Shown in pieces: positions 28,590 through 41,873 of a stretch of 64,000 bases of DNA. The position numbers and the translations under genes were made by a program. Positions within the stretch are counted from its first letter, which is position 1. Each line of letters opens with the position of its first letter. The notes under the pieces are model-generated. The model was not told the origin of the DNA, did no database searches, and worked only from the letters and a program-made list of their open reading frames with translations. Origin of the DNA: Eledone cirrhosa (lineage: Eukaryota); contig OZ024759.1 in NCBI GenBank assembly GCA_964016885.1, forward strand, positions 9,858,001-9,922,000, written 5' to 3'.

Positions 28590-28883
28590 TAGAAACATCA
28601 TGTGACCTGCCAATGGTGGATGTGATTGGTCAATAGACAGGTCATGTGACTTGCCAATGGTGGATGTGATTGGTGGATTGAGAGGTCATGTGACCTGCCA
28701 ATGGTGGATGTGATTGGTGGATTGAGAGGTCAGCTTTTATTAGAAACATCATGTGACTTGCTGATGGTGGATGTGATTGGTGGATTAAAAGGTCATGTGA
28801 CTTGCCTATGGTGGATGTGTTTGGTTGATAGAGAGGTCATGTGACTTGCTGATGGTGGATGTGATTGGTTGAGAGGTCAGCTT
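28590..28883. repeat. 6 x about 44-bp repeat (two 151-bp blocks) directly after the MFSD10-like stop codon
   Basis: tcatgtgacytgccaatggtggatgtgattgg units near 28598, 28642, 28686, 28749, 28793, 28837. Confidence 0.9.
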
Positions 28884-28996
28884 TCAAGATGGATGAGAAG
28901 GTTGTGTGTGCTTGAAATAATGTAATATCAGCAGTGGGAACAGCAGAGACACGGCACAGGACACATAGCATATAACTGGACCTGACAGCCAATACA
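28884..28996 (-). CDS. MFSD10: MFSD10-like terminal coding exon F
   Basis: Acceptor aaactttgtttcag; (V)YWLSGPVICYVSCAVSLLFPLLILHYFKHTQPSHPS* ending in TGA; human VYWLAGAQACF. Confidence 0.9.
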
Positions 28997-29010
28997 CTGA
29001 AACAAAGTTT

Positions 29011-29260
29011 TAATAATAATAACAAAGGTTTCTAATTCAGGCACAGGGCTAGCAATTTGGGGGGAGGGGAAAGTCAATTAAATCGACCCCAGAGTGTAAC
29101 TGGTACTTTATTTTATCGACCCCGTAAGGATGAAAGGCAAAGTTAACCTCGGCGGGATTTGAACTCAGATCATAAAGGGCCGTAACTCTATGCTGCAAAG
29201 CATGGTGTCCGACCCTCTACTGATACTGCCAATCCACCACCGATCCCTTTAATAATAATA

Positions 29261-29303
<43 letters not shown>

Positions 29304-30005
29304 TTTGTGATTTAGGCACAAGGCCAACAATTTGGTGATTAAATCAACCCCAGTCTTTGACTGGTACTTTATTTCACTGAACCCCAGATGGAAGAAAAGT
29401 AAAGCTGACCTTGACAGGATTTGAACTCAGAAAAAAAGAAGTCAGTTTTAATAATAATTGTTTCTACTTTTGGCACAAGGCCAGCAATTATCCCAGTACA
29501 TTACTGGTACTTTATTTTATCAAGCCCCGTAATAATTGTTTCTACTTTTGGCACAAGGCCAGCAATTATCCCAGTACATTACTGGTACTTTATTTTGTCA
29601 AGCCCCGTAATAATTGTTTCTACTTTAGGCACATGGCCAGCAATTACCAGTGCATTACTGGTACTTTATTTTATCGACCCCGTAAGGATGAAAGGCAAAG
29701 TCAACCTCGGCGGGATTTGAACTCAGATCGTAAAGGGACGTAACTATGCTGGAAAGCATGGCGTCCGACCCTCTACCGATACTGCCATGATGATAATGAC
29801 TTCTAATTTTGGCACAAATCCAACAATTTGGGGGAGGAGAATGCTGATAAAACTGAGCCCAGTGCATTACAGGTACTTTATTTTATCAACCCTGTATGGA
29901 TGAAAGGCAAAGCTGACTACCATAGGATTTGAACCCAGAACGTAAAGGGCCGTAACTCTATACCACAAAGCGTGATGTCTGATCCTCAACCAATTGTGGC
30001 CAACC
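29011..30005 (-). mobile_element. cluster of four co-oriented SINE family A copies, one with a triplicated tail
   Basis: ggatgaaaggcaaagt..acctcggcgggatttgaactcaga repeated, separated by (aat)n. Confidence 0.85.
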
Positions 30006-30079
30006 TTCAAAGACAGCAATTTGGAGGGAGGGGAAAATCAGTCTTATTAACAACACTATTTTGTGCTGTTATTTTAAGC

Positions 30080-30960
30080 CTATGGTAGCCACGGAGTAGG
30101 CAGACCCAGAAAAACCTGGGACGAGCTGATAAATTCCGACCTCACACACTTACACCTCTCCAAGACAATGCCACTGGACCGAGACCTTTGGCAGTACTCA
30201 GTAATAGAGAAGACCCCCATTACCTAAGTACAAAGTAAAACCTACTACAGTCAGTAGGCACCTCTAACAAAAATACACCCCCATCCCACTACCCCCACCC
30301 CATCCACACCGCCCCCTTCTATGTAAAGTTATGTTGGTGCCACACCATCCAGGCCGAAACAAATGAGATCGTGTAGGTGTCACGACAAAAAACACACAGT
30401 CCACGCTGTAATGTGGCCGTGTAGGCAACACGGTAAAAACCTCCCAGTCCCACACTGTAAACGTGGTTGGTGTTAGGAAGGGCATCCAACTGTAGAAAAC
30501 CTGCCAGACAGTCCTATGCGAGCAAGACAACCACTCTTGCCTCAAGTGGGAAAACTCCCGTCCAAACCCATGCAAGCGTGGAACATGGCCGTTAAACGAT
30601 GATGATGATGATGATGAAGGATGAAAGACAAAGTTAACTTCAGTGGGATTTGAACTCAGATCATAGAGAGATGTGCAGTTAATCCAATGTTCTAACAATT
30701 CTACCAATCTACCTTGCTAATTATAATGATAATACTGACAAAGATTGAAGGTAGTCATGCTGGTGACATGACAAAAAGCACCCAGCCCACACTGTAAATG
30801 TGGTTAGCATTAGGAAGGGCATCCAGCCATAGAAACCAAGCCAGAAATAATTCTGTATGAGCAAGACATGGTCTCCTGATTTGACTTTTCTCACAACAGG
30901 ACAACTTGTTTACCCCATGCTAACATGGAAAAATGGACGTTAAACAGTGATGATGATGGA
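30080..30960 (+). mobile_element. RTE LINE 3' remnant (30080-30245) followed by SINE B copies and a SINE A fragment
   Basis: GRPRKTWDELINSDL...DRDLW; two ttaggaagggcatcca cores with (tga)n tails. Confidence 0.7.
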
Positions 30961-31058
30961 GATTGAAATTGTAGAAATATCGTTAATAGCAGCATATAAC
31001 AGCTTCAGGATAATACCAGTTGTGGGGAGAGCTGTTGGATCAATACAACCAACATTAA

Positions 31059-32866
31059 CCCTTTGCCATTTACATTACTCTATATATACTATTGTATTTT
31101 CACAGTAAAGGCTTTACCTCACATAATATCTCGCATAACATTTACATTACTCTATATATACTATTGTATTTTCATGGTAAAGGCTTTACCTCACATAACA
31201 TTTACATTACTCTATATATACTATTGTATTTTCATGGTAAAGGCTTTACCTCACATAATATCTCATAACATTCACATTACTCTATATATACTATTGTATT
31301 TTCATGGTAAAGGCTTTACCTCACATAATATCTCATAACATTTACATTACTCTATATATACTATTGTATTTTCATGGTAAAGGCTTTACCTCACATAACA
31401 TTTACATTACTCTATATATACTATTGTATTTTCATGGTAAAGGCTTTACCTCACATAATATCTCATAACATTTACATTACTCTATATATACTATTGTATT
31501 TTCATGGTAAAGGCTTTACCTCACATAACATTTACATTACTCTATATATACTATTGTATTTTCACAGTAAAGGCTTTACCTCACATAACATTTACATTAC
31601 TCTATATATACTATTGTATTTTCACAGTAAAGGCTTTACCTCACATAACATTTACATTACTCTATATATACTATTGTATTTTCACAGTAAAGGCTTTACC
31701 TCACATAACATTTACATTACTCTATATATACTATTGTATTTTCACAGTAAAGGCTTTACCTCACATAACATTTACATTACTCTATATATACTATTGTATT
31801 TTCACAGTAAAGGCTTTACCTCACATAACATTTACATTACTCTATATATACTATTGTATTGTCACAGTAAAGGCTTTACCTCACATAATATCTCACATAA
31901 CATTTACATTACTCTATATATACTATTGTATTGTCACAGTAAAGGCTTTACCTCACATAACATTTACATTACTCTATATATACTATTGTATTTTCACAGT
32001 AAAGGCTTTACCTCACATAATATCTCATAACATTTACATTACTCTATATTTACTATTGTATTTTCATGGTAAAGGCTTTACCTCACATAACATTTACATT
32101 ACTCTATATATACTATTGTATTGTCACAGTAAAGGCTTTACCTCACATAATATCTCACATAACATTTACATTACTCTATATTTACTATTGTATTTTCACG
32201 GTAAAGGCTTTACCTCACATAATATCTCACATAACATTTACATTACTCTATATTTACTATTGTATTTTCATGGTAAAGGCTTTACCTCACATAATATCTC
32301 ACATAACATTTACATTACTCTATATTTACTATTGTATTTTCATGGTAAAGGCTTTACCTCACATAATATCTCACATAACATTTACATTACTCTATATTTA
32401 CTATTGTATTTTCATGGTAAAGGCTTTACCTCACATAATATCTCACATAACATTTACATTACTCTATATTTACTATTGTATTTTCATGGTAAAGGCTTTA
32501 CCTCACATAATATCTCACATAACATTTACATTACTCTATATTTACTATTGTATTTTCATGGTAAAGGCTTTACCTCACATAATATCTCACATAACATTTA
32601 CATTACTCTATATTTACTATTGTATTTTCATGGTAAAGGCTTTACCTCACATAATATCTCACATAACATTTACATTACTCTATATTTACTATTGTATTTT
32701 CATGGTAAAGGCTTTACCTCACATAATATTGAATCTATGAGATTTTCATATTATTCATTTTGACACCAATACCTTAACATCAGTATGAATAGCCACTTAC
32801 AGCTGGTTTAAACAGAAAGAGGTGAGAGAATTCTGGCCAAATATGGCTGGTTTAAATGCTAAGCGG
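31059..32866 (-). mobile_element. piggyBac-like MITE copy 3 with mixed 60, 70 and 72-bp units
   Basis: TTAA|CCCTTTGCCATT left; aaatgctaagcgg|tgaa right; array 31068-32730. Confidence 0.85.
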
Positions 32867-33328
32867 TGAAATAAACCCCAATGCATTACTGGTACTTTAT
32901 TTTATCGACCCCGTAAGGATGAAAGGAAAAGTTAACCTTGGTGGGATTTGAGCTCAGACCGCAAAGGGGCATAACTCTATGCTGCGAAGCATGGTGTCTG
33001 ACCCTCTACCGATACTGCCAATTCACCACCTCTGGAGGAAGGGAAAAGTCAATTACATTGACTCCAGTGTATTACTGGTACTGGAGTCAATTTAATCGAC
33101 TTCCTCCTTCCCTCAAATTGTTGGCATTGTGCCTAAATCAGAGACCCTCAATAATAATAAGTTTGAAGGGGACACTGGATACAATACAAAGTAGGATTTA
33201 GATCAAGTGGAAAGAAGGGGAAATCTATAACAGGGTGGGTGGTGTGGGGGCTGAAATATAACAATAATAATTTGTAGGAATTTAGTGACCAGACAACAGC
33301 TGTTGTCATATGTTCTTATACCATAGAA

Positions 33329-34181
33329 CAGCGGTTACCAACCAGTGGTCCACGGACCACTGGTAGCTCAAGAGAAAATTTTGGAGGTCCGCAGAAAAAT
33401 TTGAACATTATTTACAATTTTTATGTTTTATTAATAATAAAACAAAAATAATATTTGGTTAAAATATATTTTATAACCTAAAAATGTTTCCCCTCAGTAA
33501 AGAACTAACATCCATGAAAGAATTTTACACATATGTATCATATATTGACAATATGACACAGGTACACTTCAGTATTGTTTAATAAAATGGAAGTTCTCTG
33601 GTCAGTATTTTACACATATATATCATCTATTGACAATATGTCACAGGTACACTTCAGTATTGTTTAACCCTTTAGCATTCACATTATTTTAAGTTCGGAC
33701 ACCATGCTTTGATGTATAGAGTTACGGCCCTTGCCATTCTGAGTTCAAATCCCGCCGAGGTTAACTTTGCCTTTCATCCCTATATGGTCAATAAAATAAA
33801 GTACCAGTAATACACTGGCCTTGTGCCAAAAGTAGAAACAATTATTTTATATATACTATCATATTTTCATGGTAAAGGCTTTACCTCGCATAATTATCTC
33901 ACATAATATCGAATCTATGAGATTTTGAAAGTATTTATTTTGAGAACAATAGCTTAACATCAGTTTGAGCGACCGGTTACAGCCAGTTTCAACAGAAAGA
34001 GGTAGAGAATTCTGGCCGGTTTTGGCCGGTTTGAACACTAAAGGGTTAATAAAATGGAAGTTCTCTGATCATTAATTTACAAATGTATTTATCTTTTTAA
34101 AAAAATTTATATTAGTGGTCCGTGCGATTTAAAAATTATGAATTTAGTGATCTGTGATGTCTGAAATATTGGCGACTGCTG
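33329..34181. mobile_element. hAT-like MITE with 8-bp TSD
   Basis: TSD ccatagaa at 33321-33328 and 34182-34189; TIRs CAGCGGTTACCAA / TTGGCGACTGCTG. Confidence 0.85.
33668..34045 (-). mobile_element. piggyBac-like MITE copy 4, unexpanded, with nested SINE A fragment
   Basis: TTAA|CCCTTTAGCATT...acactaaaggg|TTAA; empty site visible in the adjacent duplicate at 33570-33600. Confidence 0.9.
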
Positions 34182-34252
34182 CCATAGAAGACACAGTACT
34201 TATGAAATATTGGAATATCTAAAGAAATTATATTTTCTATATTGATACATAC

Positions 34253-34390
34253 CTGTACACATAGTTACTGGTCCAAGAGCTCGTGCTAAGGCCCCTAGAG
34301 AGCGAAATATACCAACAATAGCCCCTTTCTGGTTATCTTTGCCGTACCTGGAGATCAAAGTTGTCAGACATGGAACGACAGTTGCAGAAC
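34253..34390 (-). CDS. MFSD10: MFSD10-like exon E
   Basis: Acceptor ttgtttaattttag, donor gtatgt; 138 nt, (G)SATVVPCLTTLISRYGKDNQKGAIVGIFRSLGALARALGPVTMCT; human VVPCLSSVVAGYGSPGQKGTVMGTLRSLGALARAAGP. Confidence 0.95.
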
Positions 34391-34590
34391 CTAAAATTAA
34401 ACAAGAGGATTATGATGATGATGATGATGAGGACGATGATGATGATTATGATAGTGATATAAACAAGAATTGGGAGTGATTTAGTAATATAACCAACTTT
34501 ATCATTATTAAGCTGGTGTTTGGAACATAGCTTAAAGGTTCTTACAAAATATTATGATGGAAGGTTTTTAGTTAAATATAAACAGTTTAA

Positions 34591-36272
34591 CCCTTTAACA
34601 TTTACATTACTCTATATATACTATTGTATTGTCACAGTAAAGGCTTTACCTCACATAATATCTCACATAACATTTACATTACTCTATATATACTATTGTA
34701 TTGTCACAGTAAAGGCTTTACCTCACATAATATCTCACATAACATTTACATTACTCTATATATACTATTGTATTTTCACAGTAAAGGCTTTACCTCACAT
34801 ATCTCACATAACATTTACATTACTCTATATATACTATTGTATTTTCACAGTAAAGGCTTTACCTCACATATCTCACATAACATTTACATTACTCTATATA
34901 TACTATTGTATTTTCACAGTAAAGGCTTTACCTCACATAATATCTCACATAACATTTACATTACTCTATATATACTATTGTATTGTCACAGTAAAGGCTT
35001 TACCTCACATATCTCACATAACATTTACATTACTCTATATATACTATTGTATTTTCACAGTAAAGGCTTTACCTCACATATCTCACATAACATTTACATT
35101 ACTCTATATATACTATTGTATTTTCACAGTAAAGGCTTTACCTCACATAATATCTCACATAACATTTACATTACTCTATATATACTATTGTATTTTCACA
35201 GTAAAGGCTTTACCTCACATAATACCTCACATAACATTTACATTACTCTGTATATACTATTGTATTTTCACAGTAAAGGCTTTACCTCACATAATATCTC
35301 ACATACCATTTACATTACTCTATATTTACTATTGTATTTTCACAGTAAAGGCTTTACCTCACATAACATTTACATTACTCTATATTTACTATTGTATTTT
35401 CACAGTAAAGGCTTTACCTCACATAATATCTCACATAACATTTACATTACTCTATATATACATATAAAGCCGACCTTACCCAATTACACCTCTCAAAGAC
35501 AATGACACACGACCGTGACTTCTGGCGTCACGCAGTAATACAGAGTACCCGACCTCCCATGGGTACATGCTGAAGCATATAAACAATATGCCCCCCCCCC
35601 CCCCCCACCGCAAGGTGGTCGTGGAGGTGCCACGGCAGAAAAGCACCCAGCCCACACTGTAAAGTGGACATGTAGGCGCCACGAAAAAGCACCCAGCACT
35701 CACTGTAAATGAGGTTGGTGTTAGGAAGGGCATCCAGCTGTAGAAATCAAGCCAGATCAGTTCCTGTATGAGCAAGGCATGGTCAGCCGACCAGACACTG
35801 CACACAACAGGACAACCCGTCTAACCCATGCTAGCGTGGAAGAACGGACGTAAAACGGTGATGATGATGATGATGATACTATTGTATTTTCACAGTAAAG
35901 GCTTTACCTCACATAATATCTCACATAACATTTACATTACTCTATATATACTATTGTATTTTCACAGTAAAGTCTTTAACTCACATAATATCTCACATAA
36001 CATTTACATTACTCTATATATACTATTGTATTGTCACAGTAAAGTCTTTACCTCACATAATATCCCACATAACATTTACATTACTCTATATATACTATTG
36101 TATTGTCACAGTAAAGTCTTTACCTCACATAATATCAAATCTACGAGATATTGATATTATTTATTTTGAGAACAATATCTTAATGTAGACTTGAGCAGCT
36201 GGTTATGGCCAGTTTAAACAGAAAGGGGTGAGAGAATTCTAGCCAGATACGGATGGGTTAAATGCTAAAGGT
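34591..36272 (-). mobile_element. piggyBac-like MITE copy 5 with 69/72-bp array and nested SINE B (35463-35877, plus)
   Basis: TTAA|CCCTTTAACATT...aatgctaaaggt|TTAA. Confidence 0.85.
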
Positions 36273-36382
36273 TTAAAGTAAACAGTGTATTGTAGAATGA
36301 GAGGCAGTTTGGCATCAAAAGGGTTAATATGGCTAACATAAATATGTTTACAACAGAAACAGTTATATTGGTGATAAATCTA

Positions 36383-36568
36383 CAGGGTGAGGCAAATGTC
36401 GTGCACCATAGGAATAATTTATTAAAAGTATCCCACACACTAGATAAAACGATGATAGATGTTATATTGACCAATTACATAGATTAAACCAATGATAATT
36501 AAGCATGAAAATATAAAACCTGATTAATTAATTAACCCCTAATTGTGTGTGACTTTTGCCTCACCCTG
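36383..36568. mobile_element. Tc1/mariner-like MITE
   Basis: TA|CAGGGTGAGGCAAA...TTTGCCTCACCCTG|TA. Confidence 0.85.
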
Positions 36569-36616
36569 TATATTATACATCTTCATTATCAGAACAAAAC
36601 AAACATGGCTACCTAC

Positions 36617-36707
36617 CAAAGGAAAAGAGTCCTAGAGCAGAATATAAGGCCAGTTGAGAAGAAGCTATGGATAGAATCAGAAAAGATGGAATAAGGACCG
36701 CAATTCC
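36617..36707 (-). CDS. MFSD10: MFSD10-like exon D
   Basis: Acceptor ttcttcttttccag, donor gtaggt; 91 nt, GIAVLIPSFLILSIASSQLALYSALGLFSF(G); hydrophobic helices; in phase with neighbours. Confidence 0.9.
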
Positions 36708-36828
36708 CTGGAAAAGAAGAAAAATAATATTTTATTGAAGCAAGAAATGTTTTATAAAAAATAATGGTTTCAATTCACAAATATTAAGTTGAAATTTCAT
36801 CCAAAATGGAATCCATGTTACTAAAATG

Positions 36829-37096
36829 TCTCAGTGTCTGTCCTTAGGGCATCAACATACGTTAACCTTGGTCTTCCTCTTCCAGTGTGTCCATGCAGGG
36901 ACTCCCACAGGAGCACTGAGTGCAGTGTCAACTCTGGATATCGGTGAGCATGTCCAGCTAACCTCAGTCTCCTCTGTGTCACTTTTGAGCTGACTTTTGA
37001 GAGGCTCCCATACAGCTCAGAGTTTTTCATCCTCAGTGTATACTGATTAATGTTCAGAGCCATCCTCAGCATTCTCGTGTAGCACCCATCCACCAT
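36829..37096 (-). mobile_element. RTE-clade LINE 3' fragment, same family as 59174-60438
   Basis: [17 protein letters not shown]...RRLRLAGHAHR...GRGRPRLTYVDALRTDT. Confidence 0.9.
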
Positions 37097-37164
37097 ATAT
37101 ATATATATAGTAGTGAAAGAGTGAAGAATAACATGGTCGGCTGTACAAAAAGGGTTTTATTTAC

Positions 37165-37277
37165 AGTATTAACAATTGTTTCATTAATCAGGTGAGTCTT
37201 AAGGCCGTTAATCACTTGAAATTGCATCACTCGACCTTAAATACAACGTGTCTCTCTGATCAAATCATCGGAATACT
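37165..37277 (-). ncRNA. predicted hammerhead ribozyme, core variant CCGAUGA
   Basis: agtatt-CCGATGA-[ttgatcag/ctgattaa, long loop]-GAAA-caattg-TT-aatact; perfect 6-bp stem I; palindromic stem III. Confidence 0.6.
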
Positions 37278-39005
37278 TCACTCTTTCACTATTATTACTC
37301 CAAGAATAACCTGCATGGGAATTCTCGCAAACTCGCTGCCTAACTAAGGAAACCCCTTGTTGAGTCAAACAAGGCCGTACGTTAAAACTATCCCTAGTAC
37401 AGAGTACTCACAACCTCTAACTGGATTACCTAAAACAATAACTTGTTATCCCATATATATATATATATTAGTTCCACAACAGTTTAACAAACCATCTTCA
37501 AGGACACGTGTCCAGTTTGCTAAACTGTTGTGGAACCAATTTTATAGCAAACTCAAACTCCTCCACTGGACTGAGTGCTCTACTTACTACGGATATAACC
37601 TCCCAGTGTTCTTCCACTATATATGCTCTGAACCAAGGTCCATTGAGCTTATTTATTGAGAAATATGATCATCATACATATTAAATATGTATTGATACCT
37701 CAACATATTATATATATATATAACATACACACATAAAATATAATCCTGCACTTAAGGAAATAATAACCGTATTTCACGGCATTGAAGACGCTACTTTTTT
37801 TCCTAAAATAAGTCTCAAATATCTACCATGCATCCTGGAGGCCGAAGGTTGTTTATTATTATTTTTTTTTAACTTTTGGTTGTCAAAATTAGGGTGCATC
37901 CTCGAGGACGAAGTCTATAGATATTTGTTTTTTGTAAATATTCTTTAAAAGGTATAACGTTTGATGCTATAACATAACAGAGTTATGTCCCCTGAAGATA
38001 GCGACAGATTTATATGAAAGTTTATAGAAATTACTTCCCTTGACTCAATAATAAGATATTCTTTTAGATTGTTTAACCCCAGGTCAGTGCTGATCCTGCA
38101 GACCTATGATCGAGAATGTTCCAACTGTGACCATCCAGTCTTTTATGCAGACATAGTGTATCAGGAACTACACTGTCAATTGTAGATAACTAAATTTATA
38201 ACAGTAAGACCCGGAAATGACTATTCCAAAGGGTCTCCCTTGCTTTCTTCCAGGGCAAAGTTTTCTCCATTCTGTCCTCTGCTGGGACCACAAGGCTGCC
38301 TGTGTCTGGGTTCCCGTATAGCAGAGAGTGCCACCCCACACACCATCCGGCTTGTGTCATGGGGCAGCGATGTTTGGGTATATAATAAACGGAGGTTAGA
38401 ATGTCTCAGGAAAGAATCACTGGACATATTTTATAGGCAAAAACCAACTGGCAGGAGACCCAGAGATAGACCCCCCCAGCAAAATGGTTGGATAACATCT
38501 ACGAGCTTGGCTGTTGCTTCTGACAGGACTCGCTGGAAAGAGGGTTTTAGGACTCTTTCCCCGTGACTCTCCCAGGAATAAATGGGAGAAGAAGAAGGTA
38601 TATTTATTATATACTGCCTTTGTTTTCATAATAATATTTAACCTTTCTTCATTGGTTTAAATATAAAGGTGACAGTCACATGGTTTACCAATATATATAT
38701 ACACTACTTCTAGATGACATACTAACCTTAGTTGGTAGTCTGTCTAGCAGAAGGATCAATCTGATTTCCAGGGCAGATGGGACTCCTTAGTCTCCTTGGT
38801 TTCAACCTTTCAAATGCTCAACAGCTTCATCCTGGTCATGATGGCGGAAGAGCTGACACTCAGTAGCCAGTTTCTGTGTAATGGTTTAGATGACCATTGG
38901 GGACCCACTAACATCGCTTATTTTCTCACGATGAGAATCACGGACATTCATTATCATACAGGTGAGCATTGGTGCTTGACCATGAACAATGAGGGTAGAA
39001 AGAGG

Positions 39006-39339
39006 TCAGACCAGACCAGACCAGACCAGACCAGACCAGACCAGACCAGACCAGACCAGACCAGACCAGACCAAACCAAACCAGACCAAACCAGACCAGA
39101 CCAGACCAGACCAGACCAAACCAGACCAGACTAAACCAGACCAGACCAGACCAGACCAGACCAGACCAAACCAAACCAGACCAGACCAGACCAAACCAGA
39201 CCAGACCAGACCAGACCAGACCAAACCAGACCAGACCAGACCAGACCAAACCAGACCAGACCAGACCAAACCAGACCAGACCAGACCAGACCAAACCAGA
39301 CCAAACCAGACCAGACCAGACCAGACCAGACCAAACCAG
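39006..39339. repeat. (CCAGA/CCAAA)n pentanucleotide microsatellite
   Basis: Direct reading. Confidence 0.97.
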
Positions 39340-39419
39340 ATTTCAATGGTATTACATTCACTTTTTTTTTTATTCGGACCTCCAGGTTGTCATTCTTCCA
39401 CTAGTGTCAACCAAGCTTC

Positions 39420-39790
39420 TTCTTTGACCACTTATTTCTGAAAGGGTCGTGGGGCCAGCGTCCTCAAACACTTCTTCCAGCGGGTCCTGTCAGAAGCAAC
39501 CGTCTCCAACTGATCCAGCTAGATCTCCAAGCATGACCAGCCAAGCTGATGGGTATTATGCTACCATCTTGCTCAGGGTCTACCCCTGGGTCTCCTACCA
39601 GTTGGTTTTGCCCATAAAATCTGTCCAGCAATTCTTTCCTGGGACTTTCTAACCACATATCCATAGTATCGGAGCTGGGAGCTCTCAATTTGAAGAAGTA
39701 GTGGCTCTACCTCGGGTGACTCTCTGATCTCCGAGCTACACACTTTATCAAATAATGTTACTCCAAAGACCCTTCGGAGGAACCCCAACC
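39420..39790 (-). mobile_element. RTE LINE 3' end (a further plus-strand remnant at 38390-38595)
   Basis: FLRRVFGVTLFDKVCSSEIRE...QLRYYGYVVR...GRRPRGRP. Confidence 0.85.
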
Positions 39791-39822
39791 AAACTGCTTC
39801 CCTATAAACCATCATACAAGGC

Positions 39823-40022
39823 AAGGGTCGGTTAAAAAGTTCATAGGCTGATCAAGATACTCTCAAGGAATGAACAAATGAGGTTTTTTTTATTTTTATT
39901 TTTCCCTGGAAAGAAACAATGCAGTTACTAATCAAAAGAGTTGAAATTAACACATACAAGATTTCACAGCTCTAGCATCACTGCTTTATAGTCAGCCTAT
40001 GAACTATTCAGCTGACCCTCGT
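39823..40022. mobile_element. mariner-like MITE
   Basis: agggtcggttaaaaagttcataggctga / tcagcctatgaactattcagctgaccctcg|ta. Confidence 0.7.
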
Positions 40023-40079
40023 ATGTTATAATCACCAATCATGCTAATATTTAATACTGAATATGAAACAAACACTTAC

Positions 40080-40132
40080 AATGCTGGCAACCTTCTTTTC
40101 TTTCCCAAAGGGTACTCTCCTTGTGTATGCAC
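40080..40132 (-). CDS. MFSD10: MFSD10-like exon C
   Basis: Acceptor aatttcag, donor gtaagt; 53 nt, (G)AYTRRVPFGKEKKVASI; human GAYARRIHPGGEVAAVKR. Confidence 0.9.
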
Positions 40133-40782
40133 CTGAAATTATATATTATAATAAAATAGTGATAAAGATCCTATAACTCCTTGTGGAGTCTTAAGGCACT
40201 GTCATATAGCCTGTCTAGGGCACTTTTAAACCTGGTGGAGCCCAACCCTCTCCAGGTCTGAACACAGCCGACTTTTTCTATAGAAGATGAATCGACCCAG
40301 TACATTACTGGTACTTTTTATATATATATCATCATCATTTTACATCCACTTTTCCCTGCTTGCAAGGGTGGGACGGGAACTGATTCTGGCTTGATTTCTA
40401 CAGCTGGATGCCCTTCTTAACACCAACCTCATTTACAGTGAGTGCTGGGTGCTTTTTTGCCGTGGCACCTCCACGGCCACTTTGCAGTGGAATGATAGGG
40501 ACCCCTGTCCCTATCATCTCATTTCTACAGCTGAGTAAACTGGAGCAATGTGAAATAAAGTGTCTTGCTCAAGGAAACAACACATCACCCGGTCTGAGAA
40601 TTGAACTCACAACCTTTCGATTGCAAGGCCAATGCTCTAACCACTAAGCCATGTGCCTCCATTTTATATATTATTTATGTGCCTCCATATTATATATTAT
40701 TTATATATTATATCCTAGTTTAATTAGTGGACCTTAATAAATATACCATTGGCTCTCATTATACTTACCAAAGCTGTAAGGA

Positions 40783-40977
40783 GCGGTGGATTGGCAGTAT
40801 CGGTAGAGGGTCTGACGCCATACTTTGCAGCAAAGAGTTACGGCCCTTTATGGTCTGAGTTTAAATCCCGCCGAGGTTAACTTTGCCTTTCATCCTTACG
40901 GGGTCGATAAAATAAAGTACCAGTAATGCACTGGGGGTAATTGCTGGCCTTGTGCCAAAAAGTAGAAACAATTATTC
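40783..40977 (+). mobile_element. SINE family A
   Basis: Same head, core and tail as other copies. Confidence 0.85.
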
Positions 40978-41627
40978 TTACCAAAGATGTTCTGCTGCAG
41001 AACAGATTGCAAATGGTGGACAGCAATAAAGCCACCAGGTATGATGGCTAGTTGCGACATAAGTGGGCAGCTGCCGGATGAATAAGCAGCCCCAGACCAA
41101 TAGGGGTAAATTACCAGGGGAGTGGGAGCAATGGGTGACACCCATAGCTTCCAAGAAACTCTCACAACCCAGTGATGTAGCTATGACAAAGAGAGTAAAG
41201 GCCGCTTCTAAAAAAAGCCTAGTTTTCGCAGGTTTGACAAAGTACCAGATTGTGACTGGTGCAAATAAGACCACTGAAACTGCAATATGGAGAGAGGAAT
41301 GAAAAAGAACCATACCCCATCGTCCTTCACGTGGTGGATTAACAAGGGACATGTTCAGGCCATAGGTAGAGGGGCCTGTTCTTAAAATATATTGCAGTCC
41401 CTATTTTATGCCACAAAAACTGGGGATCGGCCTGTCCTAGGAGGTGTGGGATGGACAAACAAATTTTGTGTCTCCTGAGACTGCACAGAATGAAAGACAA
41501 AGTTCACCTCGGCGGGATTTGCACTAAAAATCGATTTCGGACCTAATTGGACTTTCATCAGAAGGTGTGCATATTATCTAGTCAACCTCAAGGAAACAGT
41601 AGTTTAAACCAAGGGCAGACAACCTAC

Positions 41628-41683
41628 CTTGTATTAAAGCCATCATTGAACCAATGTAAACAAACATCTTTCCTTGTTGCAAG
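41628..41683 (-). CDS. MFSD10: MFSD10-like exon B
   Basis: Acceptor ctttttgttttttacag, donor gtaggt; 56 nt, (S)LQQGKMFVYIGSMMALIQ(G); phase matches exons A and C; human LQQGKMFFLIGLTMATIQG. Confidence 0.93.
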
Positions 41684-41873
41684 CTGTAAAAAACAAAAAG
41701 AAACCAACATTTCTTTTTTACTATCACAATACATGAATGGTGGTGGGAGTGGAGGGTGGATTGGCAGTAGAATCAGTAGAGCATCGGACAATATACTTTG
41801 TATTATAGAGTTGCAATCTTATATGTTTGGAGTTCAAATCTTGCAGAGATTTAGCTTTGTATTTCATCCTTAA

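Noticed and set aside
40978-41480. 124-aa minus-strand ORF in intron B-C
   Set aside because: No recognisable domain or splice signals; probably decayed transposon sequence.
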